Assembly: GCA_014905635.1 (NCBI GenBank)
Contig: JABVCE010000012.1
Coordinates: 62,001 to 126,000 of the forward strand
DNA: 64,000 nucleotides
Reading direction: 5' to 3'
From: Scenedesmus sp. PABB004
Lineage: Eukaryota
The notes below the pieces were generated by a model. The model made no database searches, had not been told where the DNA came from, and worked only from the letters and a program-made list of their open reading frames with translations. Shown one piece after another: positions 39,445 to 49,635 of the stretch. The position numbers and the translations under genes were made by a program. Every line of letters starts with the position of its first letter. Position 1 is the stretch's first letter.

Positions 39445-41735
39445 TCACAGCTCCTGCTCCTCCTCCTCCTCTGCCAGGTGCACGCGGTCGATCGCCGCCT
39501 TGATTGCCGCGCGGTCGGCCGCCGGCGGCTGCAGGTCGAGCGCCGCGTGCAGCGCCGCCAGCGCGGCGTCGGGGTCGCCGAGCCGCTTGTGCAGCCGCGC
39601 GGCCATGAAGTGAACCGCCGACTCGCGCGGCACGAGCTCCTGCGGCGGGGCCAGCGGCGGCCGCGTGCGCGCGGGCATGCTGTTCCACAGCGCGCCGCGA
39701 GCGCGCGCCGCTGCGGCCACCACCCCGGCGCCGCGTCGGGGCGGCGGCCGGCGGCGCGCCGCACCTGCAGCGTGCGCAGCTCGTCGAGCGCCTCGGCGTG
39801 CCGCTCGAGCGCGACCAGCACGCCCGCGGCCTCGAAGCGCGCGAGGGGGTTGCGGCTGTCGATCTCGGTCGCCGCCTGCGGCGCACGCGGCGCGGCCACA
39901 TGGGTCGGCGCGGCCGAGGCGAGCCGCGGTCGAGCCACATGCGCGTCGTCGGCGCGCGCGGCCGGCACAGCCGGCGCGGCGCGGCGCGCCCCGCGCACCC
40001 GCAGCTGCGCGAGCGCCTCCTCGTGCCGCCCCATCTTGCGCAGCGCGCCGCCCGCGCAGCAGCGCAGCACGCTCGACCCGGGGTTGATGCCCGCCGCGGC
40101 GGTGAAGTGCACCAGCGCCTCGCGGTGCTTCTCCTGGCGCATGTACACCTGGCCCAGACCGTACCTGCGCACCGCGCGCGGGCACGGCGGCAGGGAGGGC
40201 GCGGCGTTGAGCGGCGAGCGCGCGCGCGAGGGCGCGGCGCAGGCAGCACGCAGGCGCGGGCGACGGCGCGGGCGCCTCACAGCGCGTTGTAGTGCCGCGG
40301 CTCGCAGCGCAGCGCGTGCTGGTACGCCGCCGCGGCGGCGGCGAGGTCGTCGGTCGCCAGGTGCTCGTGCCCCAGCAGGCTGCCCGCGTAGGCCATGCCG
40401 GGGCGCAGCTGCAGCGCGCGCTGGAAGAGGCGCACGGCCGCGTCGTGCTCGCGCTGCAGGCTGAAGCAGTTGCCCGCGACGCACCTGGGCGCCGCGCGGC
40501 GCGGCGCAGGCCGTGGCGCGGCGAGTCGGCAGAGCGGCGGCGGCGGCCGTGTGCGTGGCGCGGAGCGCAGCGTGGCGCGGAGCGCAGCGTGGCGCGGAGC
40601 GCAGCGCGGCGCGGAGCGCGCGGCGCGCGCACCAGGCCTCAGGCGCGTGCCGGTCGACGGCGAGCGCGTGCTGCGCGAGCGCGGCGAGCTCGACGTCGCG
40701 CTTGAGGTGCCACAGCACGGTGCTGTAGATCTCCATGCCCTGCCGGGGTTTAGCGGCGGCGGCGGGGGCGGGGGTTTAGGTGGGCGCGGGTCGGCGCGAG
40801 CCCTGGACGCCCCCCGGGCGGGGGCGCAGCGCCGGCCGGCGAGGAGACGACAGGGCTGGCGGCGCGGGGCGCGCGTGGCGCGCACGCACCTCGAGGCAGA
40901 GCGGGTCTGCGGCGCGCGCCGCCTCAAACACGTCGGCGGCGCGGGCATAGTCCGCCAGCTCGTAGTGGCAGCGGCCGACCAGCAGCAGCACGCCCGCACT
41001 GCCGAGCTGCTCCGCCGGCAGCGCCGCGAGCGCGGCGAGCGCGGCGCGGCACTGGAAGCTGGACAGCAGGTGCAGCGCGCGGCGGAGCGGCACGAACAGC
41101 GACAGCACCTGCGGTCAGCCCCGGGGGCGGCGCGGCGAGCCCAACCGTGAGCCCAACCGTGAGCCCAGACGTGACGCCGGCCGCGAGCGCGTCGGCGCCG
41201 CCGCCCGGCGCGCCGCCGCCGGCGTCCCTCCCACCTGCTCCTGCTGCTGCTGGCTCTTGACCGGCTCCGGGTGCGCCTGCTGCCACAGGAAGCTCGCGTC
41301 GCCGCCGGCGCCGCCGCTCGGCCCCGCGCCGCCGGCGGGCACGTGCGGCGCGTTCTCCCCCGCGCCGTCGTCGCCGCCGCCGCCGCCGGCCGGCCCCGCG
41401 CCGCCGCGCCGCGCGGGGCGCTGCCGCGCGCCGCCCGCGCCCGCGCCGGCGTGCTGCTGGTTGGCGTCGTGCCGCCCCAGCGGCGTGGGCGTCGGCCCCG
41501 GGCACGCGCCCGGCGGCGCGCCGCCGTCGCCCGTCACCGCCGCGAGGCGCGCGCTACGCCTGCGGGCGGCGCGAGCGGAGTGGAGTGGGCGGCGCACGGC
41601 TGGCGCAGCGCCGCCTGGCGCCGCGCCGCAGCGCAGCACCTGGGCGTCGCAGACGAATCGTTCACAAACAGCCGCCCCGCGGCGCGGGACATCTTGCGCC
41701 CCCGGCCCACGCCGTCCGCGGCGGCGCCGCCGCTC

Positions 41736-41774
<39 letters not shown>

Positions 41775-42344
41775 GCCGCCTTTTGCTTGCCGAGCGTGGG
41801 CGTGCGGCTGCCGGCGGGCGGGTTGGGGAAAGCGGCGAAGCCAGGGAACGGGCCGCCTGCAGGGGGCGCGCGGGGCGGTCAGGGCTGGCCGGCGAGCGGG
41901 GCGGGGGCGCGGCGGGGGCGCGGCGTGCGGCGGCCGCGCGGGCGCCCGCCCCCACCTCCATGCGGCAGCGCCGGCGGCGCGGCGGGCGCGCCCGCCGCGG
42001 GGGGCGTGACGAAGCTCAGCATCTGCGGCGTGTGCCCCGCCGCGCGCCGCCCCGGCCCGCCCGGCGTGGCGTCCGCGCGGGGCTGCTCCGCCGCGTCCGC
42101 GTCCGCCGCCGCGCCGCTGGCGCCGTCGATGCTCATGGCCTGAAAGGCCGACGCGCCGCTCGTGGTGCCCGGCGACGGCTGCGCCTGCTCGGGCTGCTGC
42201 TGCTGCTGCGCCGCCTGCTGCTTCTGCTGCAGCGCCGGCGCCTGCTGCTCCTGCTGCTGCTCCTGCGAGAGGCTCTGCCGCAGCGCCGCCAGCTGCGCGC
42301 CATCGCAAAACTCAGCCGCCTTGTCCGGCTGGCCTGCGGGGCGG

Positions 42345-42376
<32 letters not shown>

Positions 42377-43074
42377 CCCCACGTTCAGGCCCCGCCGTGC
42401 CGCCGCCGGCGCGCTGCCGAGGCCCCCGCCGCGCGCCGCGCCCCGCCGCGCGCCCCCCACCGAGGGAGCAGAGCTCTGAGAACGCGACCCACAGCATCGG
42501 GTCGCGCCGCAGCGCGCGCACGTAGCAGTCAGCGGCGCGGCTGGCGCGGCCGGTGAGGCGCGCGACGCGCCCCAGCAGGTACCACCCCGCCGCGCCGCCG
42601 GGCACCTGCGCGGCCGGGGCGGCGGGCGGGCGCTCGCTCGCGCGCACGCCCCGCTGCGACGCGGCCGCGGCCGCGGCGGCCGCGCCGCGCCGCGCGCGCG
42701 CCTGCGCCTCGCCGCGCTCCAGCAGCAGCGCCTCGGCCTCGCTGTGCTGCCGCAGGTCGGCGCAGCACAGCGCCGCGAGGTAGCGGCTCTCCGGCGCCGC
42801 CGCGCCCCGGAGCAGCGCGACCGCGCGGTAGCCCTGCCCGCACTGTCGGTACACCTGCGCCAGCAGGAGCTTGTTGGCCTGCGGCGCGGCACGGCGGGCG
42901 GGCGCGCGGGCGCGTGGGCGACGGCGTTGGGGCGCATGCGCCGCGCGCGCCAGCAGCTCGGGCGCGCACCTCGGTCGGCGCCGCCGCCACGAGGCGCTCG
43001 CCCAGGAAGCGCGCGTTCTCGTGCAGCCCCATGCTCAGGCTGCTCTGCACGCAGGACGCCAGGTGGGCGTCCAT
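39445..43074 (-). CDS. CDC27: Anaphase-promoting complex subunit CDC27/APC3 (TPR), multi-exon
   Basis: LHENARFLGERLVA, GRCHYELADY, GMEIYSTVLWHLK, PEAWCVAGNCFSLQREHD, LLGHEH, RHYNALYGLGQVY and PRESAVHF. Confidence 0.93.
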
Positions 43075-43598
43075 GGCGGCCCGCGGCCGCTGGCCGCCGC
43101 GCGGCGTCGCGCGGCGCGGCCCGCTCGCTGCTGCGCCGCCGCCGGCGGCGCCGCGGGTGCGCGGCGGTTCGGGCGGGTGCGGCCGATCGGCGGCTGGCGG
43201 TGCGGGCGGCGGACGGGGGCGGCCCGGGGCGGGCAGGGCGGCGGCGGCGCGGCGCGGGCTCGAACAGCGCTGCAGTTGATGGCCCCTGGCGGGCGCGGGC
43301 GGCGATGCGAGCCGCGCCGCCGCGATGCCTGGCCCGCGCGTTGAGGCTGTGCCAGCGCGATCGGCCGCCGGGGAGGGGCCTGGGCTGCACAGGCGAGGCT
43401 GCACCCGAGTAACAGAGTCTCGGCTGCTGCTGCTCCCGCTCCCGCGTGGCTTGACCCGCCCGCGACGGCCCTCCGCGCCACACGCGCCCGCCCGACATCC
43501 CAGCCGCGCCGAGCCGCCGCCGGGAGCTCCCGGCGCAGCCAACCACCTCTGCCCCGGCCGCAAACGAGCAGCCCGCGCGCCGCACCCCGCGTTCTGCC

Positions 43599-45238
43599 AT
43601 GGCGCGGCACGCAGGCGCCCTGCTGGCGCTGCTGGGCGCCGCGCTGCTGGCGGGTGCGCCGGGGGGCGGCGATGGGCGTGCTCGGCCGCCCGCCGCGGCG
43701 CCGGGGAGGGCCGCGCCGCCCGGGCGGGGGGCGGGGCTGATGCCGGCCCCTGCCGCGGCCTCACAGGCGCCCTGGGCCAGCCCAGCGAGCTGCTGAACAA
43801 CCTGCCGCCCCCGGGGAGCCTGTCCACGGCGCACTACTTCCCCGAGCACCCCACCAAGCAGTTCCCCGCGGGCGACGTGGTGCGCGGGGGGTGGCCGGGC
43901 CCCCGGGGCGTGCCCTGGGCGCGCGCCGCGGCGCCGCTGAGGCCCCCGCGCGACGCGGGCGGGCGCAGATTACGGCGGTGATCAGTGCCCACAACGACAA
44001 CAGCAAGGCGTACAACCTCACCGCCATCGTGGCGAGCCTGAACAGCCCCATGGACTTTTCGATGTTCATCCAGAACTTCACGCACTCGGTGCGGCGCGGG
44101 GCGGGCGAGGGAGTGCGATGGGCGGCAGCGGCCGCTGCTGCCGCGCCGCCGCCGGGCAGGCGGTTGCTGCCGCCCGCCGCCGGCGGGCACCGGCGAGGCG
44201 GCCGCGACTGCGATCACTTCACTGGCAGCCTTGGAAGCGGCGGCCCGCTTCTGTGGCTGACCGCGGAGCGATCGCAGCCGCAACCGCCCGGCACACGCCG
44301 CCGCGCGCCCTCCCTCCCCCCTGCCCTCGCCCGCGCGCCGGCCCGCCGCCGACCCGCGCCGCCGCCGCCGCCGCCGCCGCGGTCCCGCCCGGCCGCAGGT
44401 GTACTTCAAGGAGCTGCCGGCGGGGCAGGAGATGAGCCTGGAGTACAAGTTCCGCATCGCGCCCCAGGTGCGGCCAGGGGCCACGCGCGCGCGAGCAGGC
44501 AGCCGCGGCGGGCAGACAGCCGGGGCCCCGGCCAGGCGGCCGGGCTGCTGTCGGCCAGGCCGGCGGGCCCGCGGCCGTCGCCGCCCGCCGTCGGCAGCGT
44601 GCCGGCACCGCGCCGGCCCCCGCCCCCCCCGCCTCGCCCACGCGCCGCGCCGCGCGCCTCCCCGCCGCGCCCACCCCGCCCGCCGCGCCCGCGCGCGCCT
44701 GTCGTGTGTCGCGCCAGGTGCCGACGCGCGACTTCTTCGTGGCCATCCACTTGATATACGAGGACATCGGCGGCGGCGGCTTCTTCAGCAACACCGTGTT
44801 CAACGGCACCGTCGAGGCGCGCAGCCGCGCCGCCGCGCCGCGCCGTGCCGCCGCGCCGCGCCGCGCCGCCGCGCGCTCCGCTGCCGCCGCAGCGCCGCCC
44901 GCCGCCGCGCCTGCCGCGCTGGGCCCCTGCCGCGCGCCACACGCGCTCACGCCCCCTGCCGTCCTCGTGTGCGTGTGCGTGCGTGCGTCGTCGTCGGTGC
45001 AGGTGGTTGAGGCGCCCAAGCTGGTTGACACGGAGGGCATCTTCATGTATGTCATGATCCTCGGCACCGCCGGCCTCGTCGGTGAGAGCGACGCGCGGGG
45101 GGGGCGCGCGGGCGCGGCGGGCGGGGCGGGGGAGCGGGCGGGGGAGGGGCGCGGCGCAGGGATGGGAGGGGGGGCGGAGCGCACGCGCGCGCACACACAC
45201 ACACACACACGCACGCACGCACACACACGCACGCACGC

Positions 45239-45314
<76 letters not shown>

Positions 45315-45542
45315 CTAAACACACAAACAACCAACCCCGCCCGCCCCGCAGGCTACTGGGCGTTCTCCAACGCGTCGGACCGCTTCGGCATCAAGAAGGC
45401 CGCCAAGAAGCGCAGCGGGCGCGCGGCCGCGAGCGCGGCGGCGCCGTTTGACGAGGACGAGTGGGTGAAGGGCACGCCGTACGACGTGGACAAGCGCAAG
45501 CGCGCCGCCGCGGGCGCGGGCGGCAAGGCCAAGGCCACGTGA
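43599..45542 (+). CDS. SSR1: Translocon-associated protein alpha (TRAP-alpha/SSR1), multi-exon
   Basis: Signal peptide; [49 protein letters not shown], a TM helix, a basic tail and DEWVKGT. Confidence 0.9.
45190..45312. repeat. (CA)n intronic microsatellite
   Basis: Long CA/CGCA run in the last TRAP-alpha intron. Confidence 0.95.
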
Positions 45543-45935
45543 GGCCGCCGGCGCGGAGGGGCGGGCGGGGCGGGCGGGGCGGAGGGGCGGGCGGGGCGGG
45601 CAGAGGGCGCGGGCGGGCGGGCGGACGGGCGCGTGTGCGGGGCGCCGCGGGGCGGGACGGGGGCGGAGGGCGGGGGCGCGGCAGCGTGCGGCGGTGTGGG
45701 CGGCCGCCGCCTGCGGTGCGCGCGCGCGCGCGCGTGAGCGGCGCAGCCGCGCGCCGTGCACGTGGGCGCTGCTCCGGCGTCTGTGACTAGACGGCGCGCG
45801 CGGGGCGGGGGAGCGGCGCCCCCCGCACTGCCGGCAGCCGCAGCGACGCGGCCCGCCGTTTTTGTGCAGGGCGCCTGCTGCTGGGTTGCGGCTGGGAGGC
45901 CTCAGTAACTGGCGACGCGCGCGCGGTCGCACGGC

Positions 45936-46070
45936 AGCGGGATGAACACCTGTGGCGGCGGCGGTGGTGCGGCTGTGAGCCAGCGGCGGAGGCCGGCCCG
46001 GTGCGGCGGCCGCGCGGGGCCGGGCGGCGCCCAACCTTAGGCGAGAACGTGATTGCTCGGTGCCCCGCGT
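45936..46070 (-). pseudogene. Inverted orphan fragment of the FO synthase gene (exon 1 end, intron 1, exon 2 start)
   Basis: Reverse complement of about 49934-50068 (GCACCGAGCAATCACGTTCTCGCCTAAGGTTGGG...CAGGTGTTCATCCCGCT) with few mismatches. Confidence 0.88.
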
Positions 46071-46074
46071 GCCC

Positions 46075-47812
46075 CTGGGGCGACGCGGTGCAGGGCCCAG
46101 GGCGCAGGCGCCGCCCGGCCGGCTGCCCGCGCCGCCGCCGAGGAGGAGGCCCCCCGCGCGACCCGCCCCGCCGCCCACACAGCCGCCGCCCTCAGCGCCT
46201 CCCTGCCGCACGCACGCACAAGCGCCGGCCGCGGCCCACAGCTCCCGCACACGCACACACGCCGCCCAGCGCACGCCCCCGCCCGCGGCGCGCCCCTGGC
46301 CAGGCGGGGCGACGCGCGTCGGGCGCCTGACGGCCGGGCCGACCCGTCCAGCGCAGCGCCAGGCGAGCCGCGCGCGCGGGCAGGCGGGGAGGAGGCAGCA
46401 GCGGCGGACGAGCCGCGCTGCGCGGCGCCCGCTGAGGGCGGCGGGGGCTGCGGCGGTGCGCGGGTGGCGGGCGTGTGGCGTGTGCCGCCGGGCCTGCGCG
46501 CCCCGGGCGCCGCTGGCAGGCCCGCCGCCGCGCCGCCGCGCCGGGGCGCCGGGGCGGGCGCCGCGCGCTGCTGCTGCGCTCACGCCAGCACAGCGAGCTG
46601 GCCGGCGCGCGCTGCTCCTGAGCCCACGCCGTACATGCTGCAGCCGGCGCCACGCAGCCAGGCCAGGCCCGCCAGGTCACCGCACGCCGCGCGCGCCTCC
46701 GCCAGCTGTTGCTGCTGAACCTGCTGCTCCCACCCGTCATCCTGCGCCGCCCGCCACGCCTGCTGCACCGCCGCCAGCGGCAGCTCGGGGCAGCGCAGCG
46801 AGACGACCGTGGCGCCGCGGAAGCGCTCGCGCGCTGCCTTGCAGACCAGCTTGGCGCTCCATGCCTGCAGGGCCGGCGGCCAGAGGCTCAGGGCGTGGAG
46901 CACGAGCGGCTCGGGCAGGCCTGTCCACGGGCTGCGGGCGGCGCGGCGGGGTGGGGCAGGCGGCGTGGGCGGGCGCGTGCACAGGGGCGGCGGGGCCTGC
47001 TGCGCCTGACTGTGGCTGGGTGCTCAGCGCCCGCCTAACCAGGCAGCAGCACCAGCCACCAGAGGGGCGCCGGCAGCGCCGCGCCCACCTCGGCGCCGCC
47101 CTGTCGCCGTCGGGCGCCTCGCCCGCCGCAGCTGCCGCAGCCGCCCGCGCGCGCGTGGTCGGCCCGGCGCGCCGCTTGCCCTCTGGCAACGACATGGCGC
47201 CGCCCGGAGCCTGCGTACCAGAGAGGAAGCAGCAGGCGGCGGCGGCAGCGGGCGCGAGCGCGCGGGCGGGGAGTGGGCGCGCGACCAGGGGCTGGACCTG
47301 AGGGGCGTGTGCAGCGGCGCAGCCGAGGGCGGGCAGCTCGCGTTGCTGCGCTGGGCACGCGCGCAGGCGCCGCCGCTGCCCTGGGGCGACAACGTGTGCT
47401 CCCGGGCTGCGGCGCGCGGCGACCTGGAGATGCTGCGCTGGGCGCGCGCCCAGGCCGAGCCCGCGCCGTGGGGCTGGACGGCGTGCTGGGTGGCGGCTAT
47501 GCAGGGGCAGCTGGAGGCGCTGCGCTGGCTGCGCGCCAGCGGCTGCCCGTGGCGGCGCAGCATGTGCGAGGCCTGGGCGGCAGACAAAGGCCACGCGGCC
47601 GTGGTCGCGTGGATCCGGGCGCAGCCTGCGGCGGCGGACGACGGGACCGATGACGACTGGTAGGAGGAGGATGGAGGAGGGGGGGCTGGCAGTGAAACGA
47701 GGAGGGCGAGGGCGCCCCTTGGCTGCGGACGGCTGACGGTGGCGTGCGTGGCGGGGCGGCGTGCGTGGCGGGGCGCGCGTTGCACAGATGCGGCCGGCAA
47801 CCGGCTGACCGC
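46075..47812 (+). pseudogene. F-box-like/ankyrin-like cassette copy A, disrupted by an internal inversion of about 46585-47269
   Basis: The upstream block and the 3' repeats (47270-47663) are on +, whereas exon 1 (ATG 47195), the intron and the first half of exon 2 are on -; the inverted block is nearly identical to copy D. Confidence 0.85.
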
Positions 47813-47987
47813 GGCGATCCCTGGACCGGCGGCGCGGCGGCAACGAGCGCGCGCGGCCCGGCAAGGGCGCGGTCAGTCGGTTGCCAGCGCGCCGACGTTT
47901 GGCAGCGCGTGGCCGCCGCAGCGCCCGCAGCCACACACGCGGCCAACCGCGTAGCTGCCGCTCCTAGCCCAGGTCCTCCTCCTCCAA

Positions 47988-48959
47988 TCAAAAGTCGTCG
48001 TAGTCGTCCGGCGACTCAGGCTGCTCCTGGATCCACGACACCACGGCCTCGTGTTCGGCGCCCTCCGCCACGCGCTCGCAGCCGCCGCGCTTCCACGGGC
48101 AGCCGTTGGCGCGCAGCCAGCGCAGCGCCTCCAGCTGGCCGTGCTCAGCCGCCGCCCAGCACGCCCCCCAGTGCCACGGCGCGGGCGGCGACTGGGCGCG
48201 CGCCCAGCGCAGCACCTCCACGTTGCCGCGCTCCGCAGCGTTGTTGCACACGTTGTCGCCCCAGGCAGCGGCGGCGCCTGCGCGCGCGCCCAGCGCAGCA
48301 CCGCGATCTGCCCGCCCTCGGCTGCTGCCTCGCACACGTCCCGCAGGTCCAGCCCCTGGTCGCGTGCCCACTCCAGCACGGCGATCTGGCCGGCGCGCGC
48401 TGCTGCGCAGACCACCATGCCCATCTCGCAGCCGGCGCGGCGCAGCCAGGCCAGGCCCGCCAGGTCGCCGCACGCCGCGCGCGCCTCGGCCAGCAGCCAC
48501 TCCATAACACCCTGCAGCTCCCGCCACGCCTCCTGCACCGCCGCCAGCGGCAGCTCGGGGCAGCTCAGCGAGACGCGCCTGGCGCCGCGGAAGCGCTCGC
48601 GCGCCGCCTTGCAGACCAGCTTGGCGGCCCACGCACGCAGGGCCGGCGGCAGGAAGCTCAGGACGTGGAGCACGAGCGGCTCGGGCAGCACTGGCTGCGC
48701 ACTGCTGGTGGCGTGGCGGGGCGGGGGCCCGCGCAGGGGCACCGGTGAGGCGGCGCGCGGCGCCTGCTGCAGGCAGCTGAGGCTCAGCGCTCGGCGCCCG
48801 CCTGGCCAGGCAGCCCCAGACATGGGGGCACCAGCAGCAGCAGCGCGCCCACCTCGGCGCCGCCCTGTCGCCGTCGGGCGCCTCGCCCGACGCCGCCGCC
48901 AGCGCAGCCCGCGCGCGCGTGGTCGGCCCGGCGCGCCGCTTGCCAGACGGCAGCGACAT
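47988..48959 (-). CDS. F-box-like/ankyrin-like repeat protein, copy B (2 exons; apparent 1-nt frameshift near 48264)
   Basis: Exon 1 MSLPSGKRRAGPTTRAR; exon 2 LPEPLVLHVLSFLPP...AKLVCKA followed by G.LxVLxWARxQ..PW repeats. Confidence 0.75.
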   Translation of the reverse strand: MSLPSGKRRAGPTTRARAALAAASGEAPDGDRAAPRWARCCCWCPHVWGCLARRAPSAEPQLPAAGAARRLTGAPARAPAPPRHQQCAASAARAARAPRPELPAAGPACVGRQAGLQGGARALPRRQARLAELPRAAAGGGAGGVAGAAGCYGVAAGRGARGVRRPGGPGLAAPRRLRDGHGGLRSSARRPDRRAGVGTRPGAGPAGRVRGSSRGRADRGAALGARAGAAAAWGDNVCNNAAERGNVEVLRWARAQSPPAPWHWGACWAAAEHGQLEALRWLRANGCPWKRGGCERVAEGAEHEAVVSWIQEQPESPDDYDDF

Positions 48960-49635
48960 GGCGCCGCCTGGTGCCGCCTGCGGGCCTGCGGGCCAGCAGG
49001 GAGCAGCAGGCGCCGCCGGCAGCGGGCGCGAGCGCGCAGTCCGTCTGACCCGAGCAGCAGCAGCAGCGCGCGGCGCGCCCGCCCCCGCCTCGGCGCCCCG
49101 GCGCGGCGGCGGGCCTGCCGGCGGCGCCCGGGGCGCGCAGGCCCGGTGGATCCCGCCACAAGCCCGCCACCCGCGCACCGCCGCAGCCCCCGCCGCCCCC
49201 AGCGGGCGCCGCGCAGCGCGGGCCGCCCGCCGCTGCCTCCTCCCCGCCCGCCCGCGCGCGGCTCGCCTGGAGCTGCACTGGGCGGGTCAGCTGGCCGTCA
49301 GGCGCCCGACGCGCGTCACCCCGCCTGGCCAGGGGCGCGCCGCGGGCGGGGGCGGGCGCTGGGCGGCGGCAGCGCGTGTGCGTGTGCGAGCTGTGGGCCG
49401 TGGCCGGCGCTCGTGCGTGTGTGTGTGGCAGGGAGGCGGTGAGGGCGGCGGCTGTGTTGGGGAACGGGACGGTGTGCGCGCTGGAGGCCTCCGCGACGGC
49501 GGCGCGGGCAGCCGGCCGGGCGGCGCCTGCGCCCTGCGCCGCCGCCGATCACTGCGCGCCGCCTAGCTCGCCGTGCCGCTGTCGTCTCCACAACGAACAC
49601 CACCGACAGCGCCGCGCAATCGAAGCGTCGCTGGC

